From the IMG/VR virus record IMGVR_UViG_3300033150_002085, positions 1 through 44,299 of that record: a stretch of DNA of 44,299 nucleotides, one strand, 5' to 3'. The position numbers and the translations under genes were made by a program. Position 1 is the first letter of the stretch, and each line of letters starts with the position of its first letter. Under the pieces are notes generated by a model that was not told the DNA's origin, did not search any database, and saw only the letters and a list, made by a program, of their open reading frames with translations. The DNA comes from a virus. Shown piece after piece: positions 9,814-18,235 of the stretch.

Positions 9814-10515
9814 ATGGCGAACACGCCTGGTGTGCCTGGCATCGGAACCACCCGAACCGCCCAGTACCGCAAGGTGCTGCTGACCGACCGCGGCGCGGTC
9901 TACCTGCCTGGCGGCAAAGTCATCAAGGGGTCGGCCAGCCGCGACCCGGGCAACACGGGGTATGTGCATACCCTGCGGCCTGGCATTCTGCTCGGCAAGC
10001 GGACCAGCGACGGGAAATACGCCCCGTCGGTCATCGGTGCGCTGACCACCGCATACAGCGCGAGCAGCGACGGCACGTCGCTGACGGTCCCGACCGCGGT
10101 GGCGACCGAAATCGCCCGCCGCCTGACCGTGGGCACCGACGAGATTCAGATTTGCGGGCCTTCCAGCGCGGGCGGTGCGGTCAGCAGCGAGCACAGGGTC
10201 GTCAGCGCGGTCAACACGGCGACCGGCGTGGTCACGCTTGCCAGCGCGCTCACGAACGACTACGTGGTCGGCTCGCTGGTCCAGCCCTACGACGGCTCGC
10301 AAACCCCGCTCGGTCTCTTGCCGGACGGCTACGGCATCAAGGTGACCGATGAGGACGAGAACGACATCGACGTCGAGCTGCCGCAGCTGCTCATTGGCGG
10401 CGTCGTGGACGCCTCGCAAATCATCAACTACACCGACGAGGCGTCGGTGCAGGCCCAAATCAAGAGCTGGCTCCGCACGTATGGCGTCGGCTGGGCCTTC
10501 GACGACGACTTCTGA
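9814..10515 (+). CDS. Head decoration protein candidate
   Basis: 233 aa. Sits directly upstream of the major capsid gene in a lambda D-E-like order. SD AAGGAGG. Confidence 0.55.
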   Translation: MANTPGVPGIGTTRTAQYRKVLLTDRGAVYLPGGKVIKGSASRDPGNTGYVHTLRPGILLGKRTSDGKYAPSVIGALTTAYSASSDGTSLTVPTAVATEIARRLTVGTDEIQICGPSSAGGAVSSEHRVVSAVNTATGVVTLASALTNDYVVGSLVQPYDGSQTPLGLLPDGYGIKVTDEDENDIDVELPQLLIGGVVDASQIINYTDEASVQAQIKSWLRTYGVGWAFDDDF

Positions 10516-10590
10516 GCCTCCACTGCTGAAGGGTAGTCCACCCCTCCGTGGGTAGCCGAGGCACCGGAGGGAACCGGAAAGGAGAAAACC

Positions 10591-11667
10591 ATGCCCGCAA
10601 GTTTGAGGCAAATTCTCGGCGGCGAGAACCTGACCGGTGTCATCCAGTCGGTCAAGTCCGGCATCCCCGATGTTCTGCCGCCGGCGTTCATGCGGACGCG
10701 GCGGACGGTCGAAGGGAACACCGCCACCTACTTCCGCGTGAAAGGCATCCGCGAGACCGCGCGGCAGACGGCCTACGGGGCCCCGAGCCGACAGCGAGGC
10801 CAGCAGGAGCTGGTCGAGGTGCCGGTGACCCTCATCCACGTGCTGGAAAGCATGTATCACCAGCCGTGGGTGCTGCAGAACCTGCAGGCGGTGGGGTCCG
10901 AGGCGAAGCAGAAGCTCGGCCGCCAGGAAATCGCCCGGCAGACCGCCGAGTTCAAACGGCTCCTGACGAACACGCGGCTGGCCGCCATCTACTCGATGCT
11001 GGCCAAGGGTGCCATCTACTTCGACGGCGACGGCAACCTGCTCCCCTCGTCCAGCGGCGCTGCCATCACGGTGGACTATGGGGTGCCGAGCGGCAACAAG
11101 GACCAGATTGACGACTGGGACACCGCGACGACCGACATCATCGGTGCCATCAACGACCTGAAGAAGACCTGCGTCCAGAAGACCGGCTACCCGCTGCGGC
11201 ACGCCTTTTACGGCGAAAGCATCCTCGGCCTGTTCCTGGCGAACACTTACGTCAAGGAGCTCATCAACAACAACCCGTCGATGGCCGAGGCGGCCTACGG
11301 TCGCGGCGAAATTCCCGACGGGTTCTGCGGGCTGCGGTGGTGGCCCGTCTACCAGTCGTTCTACGTGGACAAGGACGGGAACGTGCAGACGTTCTTCGGC
11401 GCGAACCAGGTCGTGTTCACCCCGGAAATCAACGCCGACGTCTACGAGCTGCTCGAGGGCACCTACCCGGTCCCGACCGACATCGGCCGCGTGGCCTCGG
11501 ACGCCCAGGCGGCCCTCGGCCAGGTTCGGATGGTGTCGGGGCAGTTCTCCTACGCCATCGTGACGGCCGACCCGGTGACCATCAAGCAGGTCGCCGGCGA
11601 CACGTTCCTGCCGGTGTGGAAGAACCCGGACGCCATCTTCATCGAGTCGGACGTCACCAGCTCGTAG
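10591..11667 (+). CDS. Major capsid protein (lambda E-like family)
   Basis: 358 aa. SD GGAAAGGAG. Followed by a hairpin terminator. Position in the head module supports the call. Confidence 0.8.
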   Translation: MPASLRQILGGENLTGVIQSVKSGIPDVLPPAFMRTRRTVEGNTATYFRVKGIRETARQTAYGAPSRQRGQQELVEVPVTLIHVLESMYHQPWVLQNLQAVGSEAKQKLGRQEIARQTAEFKRLLTNTRLAAIYSMLAKGAIYFDGDGNLLPSSSGAAITVDYGVPSGNKDQIDDWDTATTDIIGAINDLKKTCVQKTGYPLRHAFYGESILGLFLANTYVKELINNNPSMAEAAYGRGEIPDGFCGLRWWPVYQSFYVDKDGNVQTFFGANQVVFTPEINADVYELLEGTYPVPTDIGRVASDAQAALGQVRMVSGQFSYAIVTADPVTIKQVAGDTFLPVWKNPDAIFIESDVTSS

Positions 11668-11728
11668 AGCAAAATCGAATGGCCTCCTCGCGGCGGTACT
11701 CTGCGGCCCTGAAGCCCTGCTTCAGGTT

Positions 11729-11772
11729 CGGCCCGGCGGTCCCCGGTTCGCCATGCGGCCGGGGGCCGTTTT
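11729..11772 (+). terminator. Rho-independent terminator after the capsid gene
   Basis: GC-rich stem CGGCCC...GGGCCG followed by TTTT. A second small hairpin CCTGAAG/CTTCAGG lies at 11708-11726. Confidence 0.5.
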
Positions 11773-11789
11773 GCTGATGGGAGCGCGCC

Positions 11790-12200
11790 ATGGGCAACTA
11801 TATCGACAGCACCTACCTCGCCACCATGTTCGGCGAGGACAACATCCTCGCGTGGTCGGACCTCACGAACGCCTCGGAGATTGCCGACTCGGCGCGGATT
11901 GCGGCGGCCATCAACTGGGCGGAGGCGCAAATCGACGACCGCTTCAGGCGGTCGAGGTGGGAAGTGCCCCTCTCGGGGCCGCCCGAGGTGGTGAAGGTGT
12001 GGGCGGCGAAGCTGGCGGTGGTCTACCTCCTGCAAGACCCCCGGTTCATCGCCAGCGAGACGGCTCGCGAAACACGCGAGGCGTTCCTGCAGGAGGTTCA
12101 CAACGAGATGGCGTCCTACCTCAGCGGCAGCCGCGAATTTTCGGCCACGGAGAACGGGACGCACCCGACCTCGCCGGTGGTCGTCGGTGGCGACGAGTAG
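11790..12200 (+). CDS. Head-tail connector protein (DUF1320/Mu gp36-like)
   Basis: 136 aa. The N-terminus YIDSTYL...AINWAEAQID resembles DUF1320 proteins. Position after the capsid supports the call. Confidence 0.6.
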   Translation: MGNYIDSTYLATMFGEDNILAWSDLTNASEIADSARIAAAINWAEAQIDDRFRRSRWEVPLSGPPEVVKVWAAKLAVVYLLQDPRFIASETARETREAFLQEVHNEMASYLSGSREFSATENGTHPTSPVVVGGDE

Positions 12201-12206
12201 CCACAG

Positions 12207-12380
12207 CGCCTAGACCATATACAGGGGATTTTTTCTGGCGACCTGAAAGTGGGCGAGTACCTATTCTAGGGGTCTAGGTGCCCCTAAACCACGTACTGGC
12301 GCGGACTTACACATAGACCGCGAATTCTAATATCGGTCTAGGAGTCTATGCGAAGACGAAATCGCCAATAGTTGCGTGGC
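12207..12380. repeat. R1: AT-rich intergenic module with multiple (G/A)GTCTAGG boxes, paralog of 38169..38343
   Basis: Aligns along its whole length with R2. A 29-bp core TAGACCGCGAATTCTAATATCGGTCTAGG is identical (12314-12342 = 38277-38305). The 3-prime ends CGAAATCGNCAATAGTTGCGTGGC are shared. Confidence 0.9.
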
Positions 12381-12433
12381 AAAGTGGCCGGGCCGGGCCT
12401 GGCCGTATGAGTGCCTCAGTATAGGCGCAAGCC

Positions 12434-13090
12434 GTGGAGCCTGTGGGCCAGCACTACGACCGCTTCAGGGGCCAGACCGCGACCGTGGTCGGCTGTGGCC
12501 CGACCACCTTCGAGTATGCCGCCGGCTTCCAGGGGCTGCTGGACGGCCCCGTCCTCTTCGTCAACGATGCCGTGCAGCTCGAGCGACACGTCCCGCCTGA
12601 CGTCCCCACCTTCTTCTTCGCGTTCGACCGCCGCCAGCGCGTGTGGCTGCGACCAGCGCTTCGCAGCACGCCCGTCCTGGCTCGTCGCCCTGACCTGCTG
12701 GAGCGGCGGCTTCGCCCGCCGTGGCCGCACCTCTTTGTCGAGGACGGCGACGCCGCGGCGGTCGAGGACCGGCTCGTGTGGTATGACATCCTGCGGCTGA
12801 CCGACGACGCCCTGAAGGCACGCCGCGAGGAGGTCGCCAAGCGGAACATGCTCGTGGTCGGCGGCCTCAGCACGACGTGCACCGCCCTTGCCTACGCCTG
12901 GCTGGCAGGCGTGCGGGCGGTGCGGTTCATCGGATGCCGCGGTGTGGGCCAGGGCCACGACGGGCGTCTCTGCGACGCCACAGGCGGCAAGACCCTCCCG
13001 GGACATTACGCGAAGGCAAGGCGGGCGCTGGACCAGATGGTGCACGCGTTTCGCCTCGAGGCCTGGCACTGGACGGAGGAGCCGAGATGA
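12434..13090 (+). CDS. CstII/Maf(DUF115)-like glycosyltransferase-domain protein, paralog 1
   Basis: 218 aa. TVVGCGPT...PVLFVNDA and AYAWLAGVRAVRFIGC segments are clearly paralogous to the N-terminus of the next gene. GTG start, ATGA-type coupling to the next gene. Confidence 0.7.
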   Translation: MEPVGQHYDRFRGQTATVVGCGPTTFEYAAGFQGLLDGPVLFVNDAVQLERHVPPDVPTFFFAFDRRQRVWLRPALRSTPVLARRPDLLERRLRPPWPHLFVEDGDAAAVEDRLVWYDILRLTDDALKARREEVAKRNMLVVGGLSTTCTALAYAWLAGVRAVRFIGCRGVGQGHDGRLCDATGGKTLPGHYAKARRALDQMVHAFRLEAWHWTEEPR

Positions 13091-14985
13091 GGACGCTGCA
13101 GCACTACGTGAACCGCTACGCCGGACGGCAGTGGGTCATCGTGGGTAAGGGGCCAACGATGCTTCGCCCGGAGACCCTCGCTGACGTCACGGGCCCCGTC
13201 GTTTTCCTGAACGAGGCCGTGCAGTGGAGCCGGTATGCCGTTCGTGCGGTCGAGCGGTTCTGGTTCGCGCACGACGTCGGGATGATGCCGCTCGCCAGGA
13301 ATTCCGACGTCCGGCGGTGCACGCCGGTCCTGCTCGGCAAACCGGAGAAGTCGCGAATGGGCGAGAAGCCCCTGCTCTCCTGGGAGGGGCTGAGGGAAGC
13401 CGGCATTACCCCGCCGGCAGAAGCCGTGGCCTACCAGGGCGAGTGGTGGCCCGTGGATGACCTTCCAGGGGAGCGTGACCGGTTTGGGGTGGCCGCGAGG
13501 GGAGCGCTGTGGTTCGCCGCGGGGACTGTGCATTCAGCCATCAGTTTCGCCTGGCTGGCGGGCGCGTCCGGCATCGTTTTCGTGGGCTGCGACGGACGGC
13601 CCGGCGGCTACGACGACCGCCTCGATACGCGGCAGTCGCAACCCGCCACCGACGCCACCTACGCGAAGATTCGCCGCCTGCAGGACGAGGCTTGTAAGGC
13701 CTGGCGAATCAAGACGACTTACCTCTATGCGACCCGCGTGCCGCCCGAGCAGTCGCCGGTCCCCCCGCAAATCCACGTCGTGTGGATGCCGCCCGAGAAG
13801 GACCGTGGCGTCGGCAAGCAGGTGATGCGCCGCCTCAGCCGGCTTCGCATCGCTGCGGCCCGCCACGACATCGACGTCCACGTGTGGCACAACCCCGTCA
13901 AGGAGTCGGGCACGCCGCCCGCCGTTCTCCGCCGCATGGCTGACCTGCCGTTGCGATGCCAGCAGGTGGACCTTTGGCGGCTGTGGCTGCTCTACCGCTA
14001 CGGCGGCATCTACATGGACGTCGACATGCGGCCGGTCGGCGACCTGTCGCTGCTCCGTCGCTGGCCCTTGGCGGCGGCTCGCCAGTCCGACGGGCGGGTG
14101 AATAACGCCGTCATCGCCGCCGAGCCTGGCCATCCCGCCCTGGCCGCGGTGCTGGACGCGGCGCTGAAGGAGCCGCTCGAGGCCCGCGCGTCGCTCGGCC
14201 CGAACCTGCTGACGCGGTTCGCCGAGACCGAAGACCCCTGGACGCTGTGGGCGGAGTGGCTGGTCTACCCGTTCCAGTCAGCCGGGGTCCTGGCGTCCTG
14301 TTCGGACGTGGAGGCCTACCTGGCGAAGTTCCCTCAACGACCTGTCCTCCTGCACGAGTGGGGCATCGGGGGGTCGGGCAGGATGCCGTCATTCGGCCGC
14401 GGCGACGCGTGGCTCTATCGCCTGGGTGCGAGGTTCGGGCGCAGCCCTCTGCGGCTGGCGGAGGTCGGCGTGCTGGCCGGACGGCTGTCGCAGTACATCC
14501 TCGCCCGCGGAATCATCGAGAAGTATTACATGGTCGACGTGTGGCGGGTGCCGCCGCCCGACAGTCGCTACGCGAGGTCCGGTGACGCCGTGGCCGAGAT
14601 GTCCGAGTCCCAGATGCGGAAGACGCGGGAGGACGCCCTGGCCCAGGCCAGGAAGTTCAAACCGTGGACGGCGGTCCTGGAGAAGCCGTCGGTCGAGGCG
14701 GCCAAGGACGTGCCGGACGGTTCGCTGGACAGCGTGTTCATCGACGCAGACCACACATTCGAGGGGACTCTGGAAGACCTGCGAGCGTGGGCACCGAAGG
14801 TGCGCCCGGGCGGCCTGCTCGCCGGGCACGACTGGGAAAGCCCGGCTGACCCTGGCTGGCCGGACAACCCGCGATGGGGAGTTCGCCAGGCGGTCGAGGC
14901 GTTCTTGGCGGAGCAGGGGTGGCCCGCGGACGGCATCGAGCTTGGAGGGGAGACGACGTGGTTCTACCAGGTGCCGTGGCGATGA
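13087..14985 (+). CDS. Three-domain enzyme: CstII/Maf-like transferase + DXD glycosyltransferase (Gly_transf_sug-like) + class I SAM methyltransferase (Methyltransf_24-like)
   Basis: 632 aa. N-terminal VIVGKGPT...VVFLNEA...FAWLAGASGIVFVGCDG. Middle WRLWLLYRYGGIYMDVDM, with DVD at 14017-14025. C-terminal FIDADHTFEGTLEDLRAWAPKVRPGGLLAGHDW. Confidence 0.85.
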   Translation: MRTLQHYVNRYAGRQWVIVGKGPTMLRPETLADVTGPVVFLNEAVQWSRYAVRAVERFWFAHDVGMMPLARNSDVRRCTPVLLGKPEKSRMGEKPLLSWEGLREAGITPPAEAVAYQGEWWPVDDLPGERDRFGVAARGALWFAAGTVHSAISFAWLAGASGIVFVGCDGRPGGYDDRLDTRQSQPATDATYAKIRRLQDEACKAWRIKTTYLYATRVPPEQSPVPPQIHVVWMPPEKDRGVGKQVMRRLSRLRIAAARHDIDVHVWHNPVKESGTPPAVLRRMADLPLRCQQVDLWRLWLLYRYGGIYMDVDMRPVGDLSLLRRWPLAAARQSDGRVNNAVIAAEPGHPALAAVLDAALKEPLEARASLGPNLLTRFAETEDPWTLWAEWLVYPFQSAGVLASCSDVEAYLAKFPQRPVLLHEWGIGGSGRMPSFGRGDAWLYRLGARFGRSPLRLAEVGVLAGRLSQYILARGIIEKYYMVDVWRVPPPDSRYARSGDAVAEMSESQMRKTREDALAQARKFKPWTAVLEKPSVEAAKDVPDGSLDSVFIDADHTFEGTLEDLRAWAPKVRPGGLLAGHDWESPADPGWPDNPRWGVRQAVEAFLAEQGWPADGIELGGETTWFYQVPWR

Positions 14986-15563
14986 GGCGTTGGGCGGCCG
15001 TTTCTAACGGCCCCAGTGCGGCCCTGTTCGATTATTTCGGCGGCGTCGACAACTATTACGAGGCCGTCGTCGGGGCCGGCAGAACGCCAACGACGTGGCG
15101 ATGCGACTGGTGGGCGGTGGCCGACGCGAAGCAAATCGTCGAGCTGCAGGACCGCGTTCTCGGCACGCCCCGCATCGTCACGCGACGCCTGGCCGTCAGC
15201 CGACTCCCGCCGTGGATGCGTGGAATGGCTGCGTCCTGGCTGCTCTGCGAGGACATCGCGCAGTCGGGGCTGACGCGGCTCGGGCCGGATGGGCGGCCGG
15301 ATGCATGGTGGACCTGGAGCGGCCTCATCGCGCTGGGGGCCCTTTGGGCGCTGGTGCCGCGTGGGGCCGAGGTTCACCTTTTCGGGTTTGACATGGCGGG
15401 ATGGGCGGACTATCGTGAGGCAGGGCCAGGCGGCTTCCGCTCGCCGGAGCGGTGGGTGCGGGAGCGGGCATTGGCGGCGTGGCTCATCCGACGCATCCAC
15501 CGAGACCGCGGCGTGCGTGTCCGGAGAATCCGAAGTGAAGCCGACCTTCCACGTCAAGGTTGA
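14982..15563 (+). CDS. Divergent third CstII/Maf-like paralog
   Basis: 193 aa. ATGA overlap with the previous gene. AAVSNGPSA and GAEVHLFGFDMAG echo the GxGPS and hhhhGxD motifs of the two upstream paralogs. Confidence 0.6.
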   Translation: MRRWAAVSNGPSAALFDYFGGVDNYYEAVVGAGRTPTTWRCDWWAVADAKQIVELQDRVLGTPRIVTRRLAVSRLPPWMRGMAASWLLCEDIAQSGLTRLGPDGRPDAWWTWSGLIALGALWALVPRGAEVHLFGFDMAGWADYREAGPGGFRSPERWVRERALAAWLIRRIHRDRGVRVRRIRSEADLPRQG

Positions 15564-16056
15564 CCTCTCGCCTCTCGCCAAGTTCACGCGTGCCATTCGG
15601 CGTGCGGAGCTGGTGGATGACCCCGGCAACCCCTTTGCCATCATGTTCAAACAGTGGGGTGCGAGGTACCTCGCCTTCGCTCGCCGCCGATTCGTGAAGA
15701 TGAGCCGCGGCGGCTGGCCGCGGCTGAAGCGTGCCCGACGCCACCGCCGCGGCCGCCGCGAGCGCGCGGCGGTCCTGCGGGACACCGGCACCCTCTTCGG
15801 GGCCCTCACGCCAGGTGCGCCGGGTAACGAGTTTCGCCGAATCCCCCGGGCCATCCGCGTGGGCTACGGCGGGCCGCATCGGCACCCGAAGGGGCGTGCG
15901 ACCATCGCCGACATCGCCTCGTTCCACCAGACGGGTGCTGGGCACCTGCCGAAACGTGAAATCATCGTCCCGCCAGACCAGCGGACCATCCGTGGCATGA
16001 TTCGAGACGGCAAGCGGGCGCTGCGGCGGCTGGCCGAGATGTGCGAAGGGAGGTGA
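15535..16056 (+). CDS. Virion morphogenesis / tail completion protein (Mu gpG-like)
   Basis: 173 aa from GTG 15535. The segment IASFHQTGAGHLPKREII is typical of the phage virion morphogenesis family. The start is uncertain. Confidence 0.65.
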   Translation: MKPTFHVKVDLSPLAKFTRAIRRAELVDDPGNPFAIMFKQWGARYLAFARRRFVKMSRGGWPRLKRARRHRRGRRERAAVLRDTGTLFGALTPGAPGNEFRRIPRAIRVGYGGPHRHPKGRATIADIASFHQTGAGHLPKREIIVPPDQRTIRGMIRDGKRALRRLAEMCEGR

Positions 16057-16059
16057 CGC

Positions 16060-16548
16060 ATGCCCGACCCGTTCACCGAGGTCTACGACACCGTGTGGGC
16101 GGCGCTGGAGGCATCGTCGGAGGTTACCAGCCGGGTGGCCTTGCGCAACCGCATCAAGTTCGCCAGCGCGACCGAGACGCTCAGCCGCGACCCGCGGAAG
16201 CCTGGCTATCAGCACGGCGACTTCCCTCTGCTGGCCCTGGAACCCGCGGGCGACGAGATTGACCTCTGCTCGGACAGCACGTCCTGCCGCCTGATGCAGC
16301 AGCTGCGGCTGACGTTGATGAGCGGCGACCTGCGTGCGAGCGCCCAGCTCTACCCGCTGAAGTGGGCGATTATCAAAGCGCTCATTGACAAAGGCCCGAC
16401 GCTCGGGCTATCCTACGTCACGGACGTCCGGGTTCTGTCGGTGGACGACCAGCAGCAGGAACTCGAGGACGACGTCGGCCCGGCGCAGTGGACGACCGTG
16501 GCCGTGATTCAGGTGCGGATGGAGTTCGACCGTCGCAGCCTGCCGTAA
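16060..16548 (+). CDS. Neck / tail-completion protein candidate
   Basis: 162 aa. Tight spacing within the structural operon. No family assigned with certainty. Confidence 0.6.
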   Translation: MPDPFTEVYDTVWAALEASSEVTSRVALRNRIKFASATETLSRDPRKPGYQHGDFPLLALEPAGDEIDLCSDSTSCRLMQQLRLTLMSGDLRASAQLYPLKWAIIKALIDKGPTLGLSYVTDVRVLSVDDQQQELEDDVGPAQWTTVAVIQVRMEFDRRSLP

Positions 16549-16560
16549 GGACGAGACCGC

Positions 16561-17079
16561 GTGGACACGCTGACCGCAACCGCGACCATCCGGCTGTCCG
16601 TCATTGGCGGCAAGACGTTTGCGACCGGCCTCTCTGCGCCACGGGATACCATTTCGGTTCAGGAGTCGCAGGCCTATTCTTACGGGACAGGCAGCGACGA
16701 GGCGGACGGCGAGTGGGCAAAGGTTTTCAGTTTCGGGTCGAGCGGCGGCTCCGAGAAAATTGGCCTGGACTCGCTGACCGACGCCTTCGGCGACGCGCTG
16801 ACAGTTGCGAAAATCAAAGCGATTTACCTGCGTGCGCCCGAGGACAACGCTGATAGCGTTCTCGTGGATGCGCGAGACACAGCCATAAGCAATGGTTGGT
16901 GGGGGGCGCCGTGGCACGCCACGTCGGATACGACTGGCGGCTACCTGAAGCTGGAACCAGGCACCACCGTTTTATTCACCGACCCGAATGGCTGGAATGT
17001 CTCGGCGGGCAATGAGCTGGTCATCCTCTCGACGAGCGCGGCGAGCCTGGAAATGGTGCTAATCACGAGCAGCGCATAA
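16561..17079 (+). CDS. Hypothetical structural protein
   Basis: 172 aa with a GTG start after SD AAGGACGAG. Lies between the neck and tail tube genes. Confidence 0.6.
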   Translation: MDTLTATATIRLSVIGGKTFATGLSAPRDTISVQESQAYSYGTGSDEADGEWAKVFSFGSSGGSEKIGLDSLTDAFGDALTVAKIKAIYLRAPEDNADSVLVDARDTAISNGWWGAPWHATSDTTGGYLKLEPGTTVLFTDPNGWNVSAGNELVILSTSAASLEMVLITSSA

Positions 17080-17089
17080 GGAGCATGCC

Positions 17090-17485
17090 ATGACCGGAAC
17101 CGGCGGAAGTGTGAAGGTGGACGGGGTCGAAGTGGCCCGCGTCCGCAACTGGTCGCTCACCAGGACCGGCAACGTCCAGACCTACTCGGACTCGTCCACG
17201 CCTGGCCAAATGAAGCGCGAGGCGGGCGTCAAGGACTGGACGGCGACCTGCCAGGTCTACGTGGAGGACAACGTGGCTGGCAGCGGCGGCGGCGAGTTTC
17301 CCTTCGAGGAGGGCGACTCGGTCTCGCTGGAACTCAACGTCTCGAGCACCGTCAAGTGGACCGGCGACGCCGTCGTCGAGGAGATTGCCGGCCCCGAGGT
17401 GGACATCGAAGGCGGGTCCATCGTTGGCGCGACCATCACGTTCGGTGCAAACGGCGCGCTGACCCCGCCCAGCGGGCAGTCGTAA
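17090..17485 (+). CDS. Major tail tube protein
   Basis: 131 aa. SD AAGGAGC. Sits directly upstream of the chaperone/tape-measure pair. Confidence 0.7.
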   Translation: MTGTGGSVKVDGVEVARVRNWSLTRTGNVQTYSDSSTPGQMKREAGVKDWTATCQVYVEDNVAGSGGGEFPFEEGDSVSLELNVSSTVKWTGDAVVEEIAGPEVDIEGGSIVGATITFGANGALTPPSGQS

Positions 17486-17504
17486 CAGCTGAAAGGGCCG
17501 AACG

Positions 17505-18056
17505 ATGACCGATTTGCCTGAAGCATCGGCGGCAGGCCAGGACGTGACGGTCGGCGGTCGCACCTACCGCATCGGCCGCCTGGACTACGGGAGCCTGGGC
17601 GAGTTCACTCAGTGGGTGCGGTCGCTGGTCATCGACGCTGCCAGGCGTGCGGCGGCCAACACCGCTTCGCCTGACGAGAAGGCGCTCCTGCTCGACCGAG
17701 CGCTCGAGCGGGCCAGCCGAATCACCCTGATTTCCCGCGAGGTGTTCAGCACCCTGCGGGAGCCCGAGGCGATGGTTCGGCTGGCGTGGCTGGCCCTCCG
17801 CCGGCACCAGCCTGACCTTACGCTGGCCGAGGTCTATCGTCTCTGCGCGGACCCCGCCACGATGGAGACGCTCGTCAACGCCACGATGGACCTCAACGCG
17901 GACCTGTTCGGGCTGCGTGAAAAAAAAGGGACGGGGACGGCGGCGGACACGACGCCGGCGACGCCGGAGACGCCGTCGACCTCGTCGGACGTCAAGACTT
18001 CGGAGCCGTCTACCGAGCCCTCGCAGCCGAGTACGGATGGCCCCCAGAAGTCGTAA
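17505..18056 (+). CDS. Tail assembly chaperone (G-like, zero-frame product)
   Basis: 183 aa. Located between the tube and tape-measure genes and contains the slippery A-run. Confidence 0.7.
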   Translation: MTDLPEASAAGQDVTVGGRTYRIGRLDYGSLGEFTQWVRSLVIDAARRAAANTASPDEKALLLDRALERASRITLISREVFSTLREPEAMVRLAWLALRRHQPDLTLAEVYRLCADPATMETLVNATMDLNADLFGLREKKGTGTAADTTPATPETPSTSSDVKTSEPSTEPSQPSTDGPQKS

Positions 18057-18226
18057 ATCGCCTGACGCCTGAGCAGGTGGCGATGTATCTCTCGGGTGCC
18101 GGGCGGTCGTCGAGCGGCGCGGCCGCGTTCGCCGGCCGCACCCTCGGCCGCCGGACCGTCCAGTGTTCCTCGCTGGCCGAGGCGAGGGTGCTCGCCGCGG
18201 AGTTTCGGGCGCGGCGAAAGCGATAG
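17505..18226 (+). CDS. Tail assembly chaperone frameshift product (G-T-like; joins 17505..17927 to 17927..18226)
   Basis: Hand translation of the -1 frame gives ...EYGWPPEVVNRLTPEQVAMYLSGAG...EFRARRKR, which looks like coding sequence. The arrangement matches the conserved tail-chaperone frameshift. Confidence 0.55.
17921..17927 (+). promoter_or_regulatory. Programmed -1 frameshift slippery heptamer A_AAA_AAA
   Basis: The zero-frame codons are GAA AAA AAA GGG. The -1 frame has a stop at 17918-17920 and is then open from 17921 to TAG 18224-18226, just before the tape-measure start. Confidence 0.65.
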
Positions 18227-18235
18227 GGTGTGTCG

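Noticed and set aside
12254-12300. Apparent compensatory hairpin presenting TCTAGGT in the loop: R1 TAGGGG/CCCCTA versus R2 CTTAG/CTAAG.
   Set aside because: When R1 and R2 are aligned by sequence homology the two hairpins are not positionally equivalent. This is not true covariation, and I make no structured-RNA claim from it.
12207-12380. R1/R2 as tRNA genes, a CRISPR mini-array or solitary CRISPR repeats.
   Set aside because: I found no cloverleaf and no T-loop consensus. There are only two copies 26 kb apart with no spacer-repeat periodicity, and no cas genes.
12376-12600. ORFs that start at the conserved GTG at the 3-prime end of both repeat modules (12376..12600 and 38339..38683).
   Set aside because: The two products share nothing beyond the first two residues. 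There is no SD, the composition is Arg/Pro-rich, and both overlap better-supported genes in other frames. The conserved GTG is more likely part of the DNA/RNA element.
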